A stretch of DNA of 64,000 bases, taken from contig JAZQQI010000006.1 of NCBI GenBank assembly GCA_045628965.1, forward strand, positions 104,271 through 168,270. Direction: 5' to 3'. The stretch is from Lachnospiraceae bacterium (GTDB lineage: Bacteria > Bacillota > Clostridia > Lachnospirales > Lachnospiraceae). Made by a program: the position numbers and the translations under genes. Of the stretch, positions 39,310 through 50,300 are shown in pieces. The notes beneath the pieces were generated by a model that saw only the letters and a program-made list of their open reading frames with translations, was not told the origin of the DNA and did not search any database. How positions within the stretch are numbered: position 1 is the stretch's first letter; every line of letters begins with the position of its first letter.

Positions 39310-40752
39310 ATGGAAAAATTTGATTTGATTCATATGGGAAAAGCGCAATGCGCAGTCGACCTTGGTGACGGCAGCGAAAGAGGCGAGTACGTCAACCAGG
39401 ATTACATTTTGAATACTCTCGGAAGACCCATGCGCGCCATTTCATTAATGACCAGTTATTATCCTTTGGACAAGGGATTTCCGAAGAGAGCCCATGATGC
39501 TTTTTCGGATACGGATATTTCATTCCAATGGGATTACCCTTATGACGATTATGAGACGTACAAAGGTGGGCTTGTCGGACAGCTTGACAAGGAGCCTTTC
39601 AATTGGATGAGGGATGTAAGAAGACACGGCCAGGATGTTTGTCTTACAATTACAATGGATCCGCACCTTCCTGATGAGCATATTGTTGCGATAGCTAAGG
39701 ATTTGTCGACTTTTGGACGTGTTCTTTTAAGAATCAATCATGAAGCTACAGGCAACTGGTTTTCTTTTAACAAAAGAGCTTCGTACGAAGAAGTTGCGGA
39801 ATTTTTCGCTCATGTGTGCGAGATTTTTCATAAAGAAGCCGAGAATGTCAAAGTTATTCTTTGCATTGACGGATACAAGAGCCTTACTGAAGAAAAGATG
39901 GATAAGGAAGAAGAGTTTACCCGTGCGATTAAGAACGCGGACATCTTTTCGGTGGACAGATATATGGCACTTCACTGGGGATGGCCGTATGATGTTGCCG
40001 ACAGCGACACAAAGAATTACAGCAGAACCAAGGTTGAAGAAATCTATGAACTCGGAAAGAGAAGTTACAAGAGATTTTGCGAGATAGCCGAAGAAAAACG
40101 TCCCATGGTTCTTTCGGAAGTTAATGCCGACGGCGACGTTACGGGACCTTACGATCAGGCAGAGATGCTTATTTCGTTTTGCAACATGTTAAAGGAAGAC
40201 GAAGAAAAGTGGCTTGACGCATTTACGCTTTATCAGTTCAGAGACAGAGGAAGACTCGGACTTGAGCTTGAGGATGCGAACAATAAGGAAGTGGGAATCA
40301 AACTTCCTCTGATGGATGCGTTTAAACAGGTCATTAACGACGAATATTTTATGCCGACGATTGAATCCAATTCGGAAATATCTCTTCCGGCAACATTGAG
40401 ATGGGGCGGAAGCGAGGACGCCGACGGCATAGGAATGAATCTTAATTTCGAAAAAGATCCGGTATTTTGCGAGGCGTACTTTGAGGACGAACTCTTGGAA
40501 GCAAATCTTTTGATGGCAATTAACGGAAAGTGGTTTTACAAAGCCCCGGGCGTAAAGTGCGTTGATTTGATGCCTGCCTTTTTCGACAAGAAAATCGGAG
40601 CGGATGCCAAGCTTAATCTTTTGATATTTGCACCGCCTGCCACGGGCGAAAATGTGCCGGAATCCGGTGATGACTGGAAGTTGAATTACAGATATACGTT
40701 AACGAAAATTCCCCGCATAAGAATCAGGTATGCGCCGATTCTTCCGAGATAG
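39310..40752 (+). CDS. GH26-like glycoside hydrolase (clan GH-A pattern)
   Basis: LRINHEATGNWF (acid/base Glu, like GH26 HEMNGxWF); DIFSVDRY; PMVLSEV (putative nucleophile). Confidence 0.6.
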   Translation: MEKFDLIHMGKAQCAVDLGDGSERGEYVNQDYILNTLGRPMRAISLMTSYYPLDKGFPKRAHDAFSDTDISFQWDYPYDDYETYKGGLVGQLDKEPFNWMRDVRRHGQDVCLTITMDPHLPDEHIVAIAKDLSTFGRVLLRINHEATGNWFSFNKRASYEEVAEFFAHVCEIFHKEAENVKVILCIDGYKSLTEEKMDKEEEFTRAIKNADIFSVDRYMALHWGWPYDVADSDTKNYSRTKVEEIYELGKRSYKRFCEIAEEKRPMVLSEVNADGDVTGPYDQAEMLISFCNMLKEDEEKWLDAFTLYQFRDRGRLGLELEDANNKEVGIKLPLMDAFKQVINDEYFMPTIESNSEISLPATLRWGGSEDADGIGMNLNFEKDPVFCEAYFEDELLEANLLMAINGKWFYKAPGVKCVDLMPAFFDKKIGADAKLNLLIFAPPATGENVPESGDDWKLNYRYTLTKIPRIRIRYAPILPR

Positions 40753-40920
40753 AAATTACAACATAAATAAGAAAAAGCAGATATTTGTTGTAAAATGTCA
40801 AAACACAAAGATAGAAATTACAACAAAAATATGAAAAAACAGATATCTGTTGTAAAATGCCAATATTCAGGTATCGAAATTACAACATAAACGTAGAAAA
40901 AGTAATATTTGTTGTAATTT
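40753..40920. repeat. Array A: 3 x 62-bp units, each TTACAACA-N22-TGTTGTAA
   Basis: Left arms at 40756, 40818, 40880; right arms at 40786, 40848, 40910. Confidence 0.9.
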
Positions 40921-41001
40921 GAAAAATATGACACACAAAAGTGATATAATTAGTGAAATTCACACGTATAAACAGCGCGGGATAAAGAAAAGAGGAGAAT
41001 C

Positions 41002-42216
41002 ATGGAAAGAGTTATTACAAGCCTTCTTGAAACGGATGCATACAAGTTTTCGATGGGACAGGCAATTTATCATCAGTTCAGCGATTACAAAACAACATGG
41101 GATTTCAAGTGCAGAAACACGGATGTGCATTTTACACCCGAAATGGTTGACGAAATCAAGAATCAGATTAAACTTTATTGCGATTTGAGATTCAAGGAGG
41201 ATGAACTTGAATATCTTCATAACATCAAGTGGATTAAAGGCTCTTATGTTGATTTCTTACGACTTTGGAAGCCGAGATATGAGGATTTTGAAATATCTGA
41301 CAATGCGGAATGCGGTCTTGCAATCGAAACAAAGGGAACGTGGCTGAATACTTCTATGTATGAGATTCCGACACTTGCAATCGTCAACGAAGTTTATTTC
41401 AGAATGGCTTATGATTACGACGATCTGATGGAAAGCTTCAAAGAAAGACTTACGGCAAAAGTTAAGAAACTTGAAAGCGGAGCTTATGAACTCGGACCTT
41501 TCTCGGAGTTTGGTATGAGAAGACGTCTTTCGGCTGAAGCACAGGACCTCGCTGTTAAGACACTTAAAGAGTGCAAACCCGCAAATTCAACTTTTGTCGG
41601 AACATCGAATGTTTATCTTGCAAAGAAATACGGAATTACACCTGTAGGTACAATGGCACATGAGTGGATTATGTGCGTAGGACAGGGTAATCACAAACAT
41701 AATCCCGCTTATTCGAACTGGTATGCTTTGGATGCATGGGTAAAAGAATACGGAGTATTAAACGGAACGGCTCTTACGGATGCTATTACAACAAAATGCT
41801 TCCTTAAAGACTTCCAGCTTACATATGCAACGCTCTTTAGCGGTTGCCGTCATGACTCGGGCGATCCTTATGCTTGGGGCGATATGATGATTGAGCATTA
41901 TAAGTCACTTGGAATCGATCCCACAACAAAGACGCTTCTTTTCAGCGACAGCCTTGACTTTGACAAAGCTACTGCCATTAAGAAGTATTTTGACGGAAAA
42001 GCAAAGGTTGCATTCGGAATCGGAACGTTTATCGCCAACGATACAAAGGTACCCGCACTTAACATTATTATGAAGAGTACAGCCTGCAACGGAATGGATG
42101 TGGCTAAGATTTCCGACGTGGAAGGCAAGGGAATGTGCAAGAGTCCCGAATATATCCATTATTTGAAGAGATGTATCGATTGGCGTATGAATCATGCAAA
42201 CGATACATTAAGATAA
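41002..42216 (+). CDS. pncB: Nicotinate phosphoribosyltransferase
   Basis: LLETDAYKFSM, EFGMRRR, GTMAHEW, RHDSGDP and FGIGT. Confidence 0.95.
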   Translation: MERVITSLLETDAYKFSMGQAIYHQFSDYKTTWDFKCRNTDVHFTPEMVDEIKNQIKLYCDLRFKEDELEYLHNIKWIKGSYVDFLRLWKPRYEDFEISDNAECGLAIETKGTWLNTSMYEIPTLAIVNEVYFRMAYDYDDLMESFKERLTAKVKKLESGAYELGPFSEFGMRRRLSAEAQDLAVKTLKECKPANSTFVGTSNVYLAKKYGITPVGTMAHEWIMCVGQGNHKHNPAYSNWYALDAWVKEYGVLNGTALTDAITTKCFLKDFQLTYATLFSGCRHDSGDPYAWGDMMIEHYKSLGIDPTTKTLLFSDSLDFDKATAIKKYFDGKAKVAFGIGTFIANDTKVPALNIIMKSTACNGMDVAKISDVEGKGMCKSPEYIHYLKRCIDWRMNHANDTLR

Positions 42217-42227
42217 GGAGCATCGTA

Positions 42228-43598
42228 TTGAAAAACAGATTATTAAAATCGATAGCCTCATTATTTGTCGTGATTTTGATTTCTGCATGCACGTTTATAA
42301 ATCCAAATATATTGGATAATACGGGCTCGGGAACTGACGTAAACGGTCAAAGTCCGTTTGACACAAGCAATCTGTATGTTCCTGAAAGAAATGAGGATGA
42401 TTTGAGTGAAGGTATACAAAATGCCGAAGAAGATTCGGAGGAAGATTTAAATACTCCCGAGAATTCTTCGGACACAAAAAAAGAGTATCTTCATCCTTAT
42501 AATGCAGATATAGTCTACGGAAATCAAATCGTTACGTATGAGGATGACCCGATAATAACGGAAAAGTATTTGGAATATCTTTATAAAAATGCCGATAGTT
42601 TTCTTGAGGGCTTCGAAGACAGATATGATTATTCGGACGTGCGTTTTTATTTCTTTGATTTGGACGGCGATTATATGAATGAAATGGCGTACGCATTCGA
42701 TAATTACCATTCGGCCGGTGTATATATTGCAACCTATGACAAAACAAAGGACGAAGTGATTAATCTCGGCTCTTTTGGTTCGAACGGAAACGTGACCGTT
42801 TATGAAGGACAAAATATTCTTTTCAGCGAGTACATCGGGATGGGATATATAAACGATTATTTCTATACCTTTGATGAAAACAAAACGAGTCAATTGATAA
42901 TGAACTTTGAATCAAATGAGGGTGCGGTCGAAAATGAAGAGGACATTGTCTTAAGAATCAACGGAGAACCTGTTTCTGAAGAAATCTATGAGCAGTATTT
43001 GCAGGAATGGAAAGAATACTATTCGGACAATTGGTTGTATCTTTATTATGACATAATGATTCCATTGGACGGAAATGTTGATTTTGATTATTATTACTAT
43101 CCGGAAACAGAGGATAATGATGTCTGCATGGAAGCAATCGAGTCGTATGCAAATGAGCTTGCTGAATTTGGCTTCCCGAAATTCTGCGTAATTGATTTGG
43201 ACGGAGACAATATTCCGGAGCTTGTTTTTGCGGATGATAACGGTAACGAATATATAACGTATTATAATACTGCCCAAAATGAATGTATTACGAGATATGC
43301 TACAAGTAATGATTTATATTATCTGCCCGGAAGAGGAATATATGCTTTTGAATGGTCGTCCCAAATAACATATTATTATTACTATAATCATAGTATAATG
43401 AACACCTTTTTAAGAGACGAAGAAAAAGATTTGTATTATGCCTGCGATATGTTTGTATACAAGGATATATACGATCTTTACAAAAAAGCTTGGGATGAGG
43501 CAGACTTTGTAAGGGTTGACAGGAATGATATGATATCGGGATATGATGAGAGCGAAATAACGGATCTTATTCTGAAAATGAGTGACGGAATCATGTAA
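42228..43598 (+). CDS. Hypothetical acidic lipoprotein with two DLDGD-type repeats
   Basis: AAGGAG RBS before TTG 42228; lipobox ISAC; FDLDGDYMNEM and IDLDGDNIPEL. Confidence 0.75.
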   Translation: MKNRLLKSIASLFVVILISACTFINPNILDNTGSGTDVNGQSPFDTSNLYVPERNEDDLSEGIQNAEEDSEEDLNTPENSSDTKKEYLHPYNADIVYGNQIVTYEDDPIITEKYLEYLYKNADSFLEGFEDRYDYSDVRFYFFDLDGDYMNEMAYAFDNYHSAGVYIATYDKTKDEVINLGSFGSNGNVTVYEGQNILFSEYIGMGYINDYFYTFDENKTSQLIMNFESNEGAVENEEDIVLRINGEPVSEEIYEQYLQEWKEYYSDNWLYLYYDIMIPLDGNVDFDYYYYPETEDNDVCMEAIESYANELAEFGFPKFCVIDLDGDNIPELVFADDNGNEYITYYNTAQNECITRYATSNDLYYLPGRGIYAFEWSSQITYYYYYNHSIMNTFLRDEEKDLYYACDMFVYKDIYDLYKKAWDEADFVRVDRNDMISGYDESEITDLILKMSDGIM

Positions 43599-43670
43599 AA
43601 AGTAATGAAAAAATGATTATTAAGCATAGGATTAAAAGACGCAAAAAAACTTCGCGGGGGGAAAGGTTTT

Positions 43671-45584
43671 ATGTTGAAAAAGAAAAAAATAGCGTTATTT
43701 TTGAATGTTTGGAGCAATGAGCTGGTCAGCAAAGTGCTCGAAGGAATACGTGAAGAGGCAAAAAAGGACAATGCGGACATATTTGTGTTTACTTCGCTTG
43801 CTTTTTTCTCGGATCATGACATTCAGAAAAGAACACAGCTTAAATTGTTTGAAATGGCCAATCCGAATGATTATGACGGTGCGATTATGTTCACGAACAC
43901 GTTTAACATTCCGGAAGAAGAGAATGCGGTGAGAGATTCTTTTCAATTGGCGAATGTACCGATGATTTCGTTGGATTCGAGAGTCAACAATATGGCTTTT
44001 GTCGGTACTGAAAATTATAACGGAGTATACGAGCTTGCAACTCACCTGGTCAAAAAGCATGATGTAAAAACAGTAGTATATGTGGCCGGAATTCAGGGTA
44101 ATCAGGAAGACAGTATAAGAAAGAAAGCCTTGGAAGATGCGTTGGCAGATCAGAACCTCAAACTTTTTGATTCTATAAGAGGTGATTACGGTTTCCATAC
44201 GGCATGGATAAAAACAGGTGAGTGGATAGACAATCATGACAAACTTCCCGATGCGTTTGTCTGCGCCAACGATTATACGGCAATAGGTGTTTACAATGCT
44301 TTGTTCGAAAGAGGTCTTGAAGTTCCCGAAGACACGATAGTTACGGGATTTGACCATTGCTCCGACGGTGTTATAGCAGACCCGATGCTTGCAACGGTAA
44401 GCCGTGATGGTACAATGCTCGGAAAAAGAGCATATAACGAGCTGATGAATCAGATTCAAAATCCGGATCCCACAATTGACATTATACTTCCGTCCAAATT
44501 CGTCCCTTCGGAAAGTTGCGGATGCGAAGCGGACGAATCGGATGCTGCGTTCAAAAAGAACAAACTCAGAAGAGTATACCTTGAAGGCGCCGATTCCGAT
44601 ATGTTGGAATATTCTTTTAAAAATCTGAGACTCAATACGATGAAAGTATTTGAAAAAAATGATTTTTATGAGCTGACCAAGAATGAATTTGAAATGATTC
44701 CGTTTACAGGAGATGATTTTTGTCTTTGTGCGATTCCCGATTATTTTGAATTGCAGGAAGATGCCTATTTGACAAAAGTTTCGGAATACCCTCAAACAAT
44801 GGAAGTTATGTACGAAAAATCTTCAGGAAGAAGCGTTCCTTCGTATGAGTTCGACAGAAAAGATATTGTTCCGGGGTATGAAAAAAAGGAAAACGAGTCA
44901 AATCTTTATATAATAGCACCTTTAAATCAGATGAATTCGCTTATCGGATACATTACGATAAAAAACAACACGACAATGCTTTATTCAGGAATGCTTTATA
45001 TTTACTGCATCAACCTGAACGATTTGTTTGCACGTATAAGAAACAGTGTTTTTGCGGAACGAAATGAAAGAGAATTGAAAAAAATATATATGTCGGATTT
45101 TACGACAGATATGTATAACAGAAAAGGTTGCGACAAAGTACTGAACGCTTTTCTTGAAAAACAGAAAGAAAACAGCAAACCGTCCATTCTGGTGCTTGCG
45201 GATATCGATTGTATGAAGGCCATTAACGAAAAATTCGGCATGATTAAGGGCGATATGACAATAAAAGCAACTGCCGAAGCTTTGAAAAAGTTTTTGCCTG
45301 AGGAATGGCTTTTCGCAAGATTCAGCGGAGACGAATTTGTTATGGTTGGCGAGTACCTCAAAAACATGAATTATGAGGATTTGAAAAAAACGTTGCGAGA
45401 AAAAATGACTCAGTATTTCGAACAGCTTGATTTGGGATTTCCTTTGAGCGTAAGTGTCGGATATGTATATATAAATCCGAGAGATGACAGAAATATGGAC
45501 GAGTTTGTAAAAATAGCCAATGATGCCATGTATAAAGAAAAGCAGGAGGCTCACGTAAGGTTAAAAGACCTCCTTAACGAATAA
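43671..45584 (+). CDS. LacI/periplasmic-binding-protein-like sensor fused to a GGDEF domain
   Basis: PDAFVCAND and DTIVTGFD (LacI-type ligand domain); ADIDCMKAINEKFG and ARFSGDEF. Confidence 0.88.
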   Translation: MLKKKKIALFLNVWSNELVSKVLEGIREEAKKDNADIFVFTSLAFFSDHDIQKRTQLKLFEMANPNDYDGAIMFTNTFNIPEEENAVRDSFQLANVPMISLDSRVNNMAFVGTENYNGVYELATHLVKKHDVKTVVYVAGIQGNQEDSIRKKALEDALADQNLKLFDSIRGDYGFHTAWIKTGEWIDNHDKLPDAFVCANDYTAIGVYNALFERGLEVPEDTIVTGFDHCSDGVIADPMLATVSRDGTMLGKRAYNELMNQIQNPDPTIDIILPSKFVPSESCGCEADESDAAFKKNKLRRVYLEGADSDMLEYSFKNLRLNTMKVFEKNDFYELTKNEFEMIPFTGDDFCLCAIPDYFELQEDAYLTKVSEYPQTMEVMYEKSSGRSVPSYEFDRKDIVPGYEKKENESNLYIIAPLNQMNSLIGYITIKNNTTMLYSGMLYIYCINLNDLFARIRNSVFAERNERELKKIYMSDFTTDMYNRKGCDKVLNAFLEKQKENSKPSILVLADIDCMKAINEKFGMIKGDMTIKATAEALKKFLPEEWLFARFSGDEFVMVGEYLKNMNYEDLKKTLREKMTQYFEQLDLGFPLSVSVGYVYINPRDDRNMDEFVKIANDAMYKEKQEAHVRLKDLLNE

Positions 45585-45605
45585 AATTATTGGAGTATAA
45601 AAAAT

Positions 45606-46856
45606 ATGTACGTAACATTGGTTATGACTTTAATAACGATAATAATACTGACAGTCGGTTCTAAGTTTGCAGGATTCGGAAGAGATAAGTTCCATGATGA
45701 TTATTTGAGCCTCGACAATACAAAATCTTTGAGGGGATTGGCGGCAATGGGCGTAATTTTACATCATATTTCTCAGGAAACCGCTTTTCAGACGAACGGA
45801 GAATTGTCGTTTTTTGTAAATCTCGGACCGGAACTTGTATCGTTGTTCTTCTTTTGCTCAGGATACGGCCTTTTGAAGAGTTTAAGAGAAAAGCCCGATT
45901 ATCTAAAGAGCTTTTTGAAAAAGAGAGTGCTTTTGGGAATTGTGCTTCCGTATTACGTAAATATTTTGCTGTACGCTGTGTTTTTTATTATAGTCGGTCA
46001 AAAATTCGAGCCTGCTCAGTGGGTTACAAACTGCCTCGGACTTACAATGATGAATCCTTATGCGTGGTTTCCCGTTGTGCTGACGATGTTATATCTGGCG
46101 TTTTATTTCGTGTTTAAAAAAGTCAAACGACATGAAATCGGAGTATTTATAATGTTGCTTCTGATTATCGGTCAGGGACTTATTTTCTGTCATGTCGGAC
46201 ATTTTGCCTGGTGGGCAGGAGAAAGCGGCTGGTGGTTTAAGGGTTTTGAATCCGTACCGTGGTGGATGGGAGAGAAGATAACCTGGTATCACGGAGAATG
46301 GTGGGTAAATTCATCGATAGGTTTTCTTGTCGGAATGGTATATGCTCTTAAGGAAAAAGAAATATCTGATTTTTTCAAAAAGAATTACGAGTTCAGAATT
46401 CTTGTGGCATTGATTCTTTGCGAAATATTCCACCTTATTTCCGGATTTATGCAAGGCGGTATCGGGTATTATACGGAATGGCAACCCGGAATCGGAAGCG
46501 GAGTTGCAGACAAGATAATTACGTTTATGGCTACATTGCCGCAGATTATTTCCTTTGACGTTGTAGTGTTTGCAATAGCCATGAAGTTTACGGTACAAAA
46601 TCCCGTTACAAGGTTTTTCGGAAAGTTTTCGCTCGATACATACCTGATGAATTTTATTCCCATCAATGTGTTCGGTTTCCTTTTGTATGATGAATACGGA
46701 GAAATTATCGAGAGCAAGTTCAACATAAATATGTTTATATATATACTTGCGGTTTTTGCGGTTTCGATATTGCTCGGAGTCGGAGAACATTATCTTGTTG
46801 CTTTGATTAAAAAGATATTTGTTAAAAAGGAAGCCGTGAACAAACAGGCTTCGTAA
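45606..46856 (+). CDS. Acyltransferase family 3 membrane protein
   Basis: LRGLAAMGVILHH and VSLFFFCSGYGL; ~10 TM segments. Confidence 0.85.
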   Translation: MYVTLVMTLITIIILTVGSKFAGFGRDKFHDDYLSLDNTKSLRGLAAMGVILHHISQETAFQTNGELSFFVNLGPELVSLFFFCSGYGLLKSLREKPDYLKSFLKKRVLLGIVLPYYVNILLYAVFFIIVGQKFEPAQWVTNCLGLTMMNPYAWFPVVLTMLYLAFYFVFKKVKRHEIGVFIMLLLIIGQGLIFCHVGHFAWWAGESGWWFKGFESVPWWMGEKITWYHGEWWVNSSIGFLVGMVYALKEKEISDFFKKNYEFRILVALILCEIFHLISGFMQGGIGYYTEWQPGIGSGVADKIITFMATLPQIISFDVVVFAIAMKFTVQNPVTRFFGKFSLDTYLMNFIPINVFGFLLYDEYGEIIESKFNINMFIYILAVFAVSILLGVGEHYLVALIKKIFVKKEAVNKQAS

Positions 46857-46860
46857 AATG

Positions 46861-46901
46861 AAAAAAATAGCGGTTATCCGAAAGGATAACCGTTTTTTTT
46901 T
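46861..46901. terminator. Bidirectional terminator
   Basis: GCGGTTATCC-GAAA-GGATAACCGT flanked by A- and T-runs. Confidence 0.85.
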
Positions 46902-47091
46902 AGAGACAAATGTCTATGTTTCCTCCTATGGCGGGATTAACGCTTCTTTCAAGCGCGGCCGAATCAATCATGGAAATAAGGTCGATGGATTCGGTATTTG
47001 CCAAATCGAGAGTTTTGTCAAGCATGGCTACTGAAAACGACTGAGTGACGTTTTGCTGCGCCATGGCCATCGATAATGCGGGTATATCCAT
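46900..47091 (-). CDS. YjfB-family small protein
   Basis: MDIPALSMAM...VAMLDKTLD...NPAIGGNIDI; GGAGG RBS. Confidence 0.8.
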   Translation of the reverse strand: MDIPALSMAMAQQNVTQSFSVAMLDKTLDLANTESIDLISMIDSAALERSVNPAIGGNIDICL

Positions 47092-47238
47092 TTTAGCATC
47101 CCTCCTTTTTCATTTTCTCACGTCAATAAGAATGATTGCAAAGTTTTTGCCGAATCAGATCCTTATTGTTTTAGTATTATATCATAAGATTATGTAAACG
47201 AAAACATAAATTTGTACAATTTTTATATCGGCATAATT

Positions 47239-47302
47239 TGCGTAAAATAGAGAGTTAAATGCGTAACAATTAAAAAATTTGCATAGACAAAAATGTTATA
47301 AT
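47239..47302 (+). promoter_or_regulatory. TGCGTAA-N14-TGCGTAA direct repeat plus extended -10, upstream of hybrid kinase 1
   Basis: Repeats at 47239 and 47260; TGTTATAAT with -10 at 47297. Confidence 0.65.
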
Positions 47303-47374
47303 TATTATGATACGCGGATAGTTTGGAAAGGCTTGTAATGCGTATAATTGCAGGGGATAGCAAAAGGAGAATTT

Positions 47375-50300
47375 ATGTCTCAGTTAAATTCGAAAGCGAG
47401 TATCGATGATATTTTACAAAAAGCAAAAATCGGTATTTGGGTGGTTGAACAAAAAGATGGCGGCACGATTAAAATGTATGCCGACTCTCAAATGTGCGAA
47501 CTTATCGGAATAGATGAGAACAGTGAACCGGATAAAGTGTATAGTTTTTGGTACGATCATATTCATCCGGACCATTACGAAGAAGTTAATCAGATGATCG
47601 CCCAGGCTTCCGAGGGCAGACCTACGGAAGTTGTTTATCCGTATTATCATCCGACTAAAGGAATGATAACTGTACGATGTTCCGCGGTGAACGTTACTAT
47701 GGATAACGGACTGTTGAGATTTGAGGGAACTCATCAGGAAGTTACAACGTTCAGTCATCTTCGGAAAGAAAACAAGAAAATCGATGAGCTTATTAAACTT
47801 TTGGCAAGCGATTACCTTGGATTTTACTACGTAAATCTTGACGATGAATCCGGAGTAATAGTAAACATTGACGATAACGTTGTAGATACACAGCAAAATC
47901 TTTCAAAGTCATCGAGTTTAAGGGAAGCATTCGGCAGATATATAGCTACTGCAGTTCATCCCGAAGATCGCGATAAGATGCGAAAGGCTCTTGAAACCGA
48001 AAACATTCGTCAAAAATTAAAAAACGACAAGAGTTTTACCGAGGTTTTCAGGCGTAACTTAAACGGGGAGTTTTTTTATTGCGACATGAAAGTCACAAAA
48101 TACGAACCCCTGCACGATATGCCGCATAATGTTTCAATCGGTTTTACTCTGGCGAACAGCGAGAGACAGGAAGAGATAAAACTCCGCAAAAAATTGGAAC
48201 AGAATCTTCAGATTATCGATGTTTTGGCATCTGAATTCGAAGCTGTTTTCTATGTCAATCTCGAAACGGACGAGATGAGCAATTACTCTCATAAAAAAGA
48301 CAGCGGACGTGTTGTCGATAAATGTTTCAGTTCGGGAATAAAATACAGCGAAGCATACAAACTGTTTCTTGAAAGCAAAGTGCTCCCGGAAGATGTTGCC
48401 ATGATGACACAACGAGGCAGCTTCGAAAACATTGTTAAGGAGTTGAAATCCAAGAAAACTTATACGACGATTTATCGTTCGGAGCACGGCGGGTATGCCG
48501 AAATGAAATTCGTTAAGGTGGGTAACGAAGACGAGAATCCTAAGGCGGTAGCTCTCGGATTTGCCGACAGAGATTCGGAAATCAGACAAAAAAAAGAAGA
48601 AGAAAAGAGATTAAAGAGAAACATAGACATTATGGAGATTCTCGCATCGGAGTATTCTTCTGTTTATTATGTCGATTTGACGACCGATGATATCGATACT
48701 TATACGATGAACGAAGAAACCGAATCGGAATTCGGACAGATTTTCAGAAGCGGAATCAAGTATACACAAGCTTACCAAATGTATGTGGATACATTGGTTT
48801 ACGAAGAAGACAGGGAAATGATGTTAAAAGCAGGTTCCCTTTACAATATTCTTAATGAGCTCGGCAACAAAAAGACTTTCATTACCCAATACCGTTCCGT
48901 CGGAAACGGAGAACCGCATTATTGCGAGATGAAGTTCGTAAAGGTAGGGGAAGATGAGAATCCGAATGCCGTTGCACTCGGCTTTTCGGATAAGGATGAA
49001 GTAATAAGGACGGAGAAGAAAAATAAGGAAACCATCGAAAGAGACATGGCCGTGATATCCGGTCTTTCGGATGATTTCGGATGCGTTGTTTATGTTGATT
49101 ACAATACATATGAGGAAATTCATTACAGATACGAACCGAAATTCGAACAAAATATTCCGGGTTGGACCAAACTAAACAATTTTCAGGAGAGAATAGAACT
49201 TCTCATAAATACAATTATGCATCCGGATGACAGAGCATCATTCAAAGAAGCGACAAGGCATGACGTGGTGCTTGAATCAATAAAAAAAGATAAAGTGTAT
49301 TTTGTCAATTTCAGAACATTGATAGGTGATGAAGTAACGTATTATCAGGCTAAATTTGTACGTGACGATTATTCGGACACACATCTTATTGCAGGCTTTC
49401 ATAATGTCGATGAAGAAACAAAGCGCGAAATGAATGCACTTCAAAAAGCCGAGACGGCGAGCAAAGCAAAGAGTACGTTTTTGTTTAACATGTCGCATGA
49501 TATCAGAACACCCATGAATGCGATTATGGGATTTACCGATATGGCGATAAAAAACATCGACAACAAAGACAGAACGATGGAAAGCTTGCGAAAAGTAAAA
49601 TCGTCGAGTGAGTATCTGCTGTCGCTTATAAACGATATCCTGGATATGTCGCGCATAGAGGCGGATAAGATGGATTTGGAGGAAACACCTCATGATTTGT
49701 TCCAATGCGGACAGGATGTGCTTCCGATGCTAAGGGATTTGGCGGAGCAGAAAGAGTTACGGTTTACGTCAGACTTCTTAAACATTACGGACAGATACGT
49801 TTATCTTGATTACCTGAGAATGAACCAGGCTCTTATTAATCTTGTTTCCAATGCCGTCAAATATACAAAAGAAGGCGGAAGGGTATGGTTTAATGTCAAA
49901 CAGACGAAAAAACCCGAAAACGGCTACGCGGAATATGAATTCAGCGTAAAAGATACCGGAATCGGAATGAGTCAGGAATTTATAAAGACGGCTTTCGATA
50001 CTTTTTCGAGAGAAAAGAATTCGACGATAAGCAAGCAACAGGGCACGGGACTCGGATTGGCAATTACCAAAAGAATTATCGAAAAAATGAACGGAACGAT
50101 AACGATAGAAAGCGAACAGGGAGTAGGTTCTCTGTTTACCGTGACGGTGCCATTCAGAATCGTAGAGAATCCCAAAGAAGTCGAAGAGGCTCAAAGCAAG
50201 ATGTCCGTCGAAGAAGTCAAACTTGAAGGTAAGCGAGTACTGATAGTCGAAGACAACGAATTAAACAGAGAAATATCCGTGGATATTTTGAGTGATGCAG

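Noticed and set aside
40753-40920. Arrays A and B as CRISPR arrays (GTTGTA...TACAAC ends resemble some type II/VI repeats)
   Set aside because: Only the 8-11-bp arms are conserved, both intervening segments vary, there are just three units per locus, and no cas gene is in the window.
43695-44795. Long antisense ORFs (43695-44795, and likewise 18567-19349 and 31499-32296)
   Set aside because: They lie entirely opposite well-supported genes and have no recognisable motifs or RBS.
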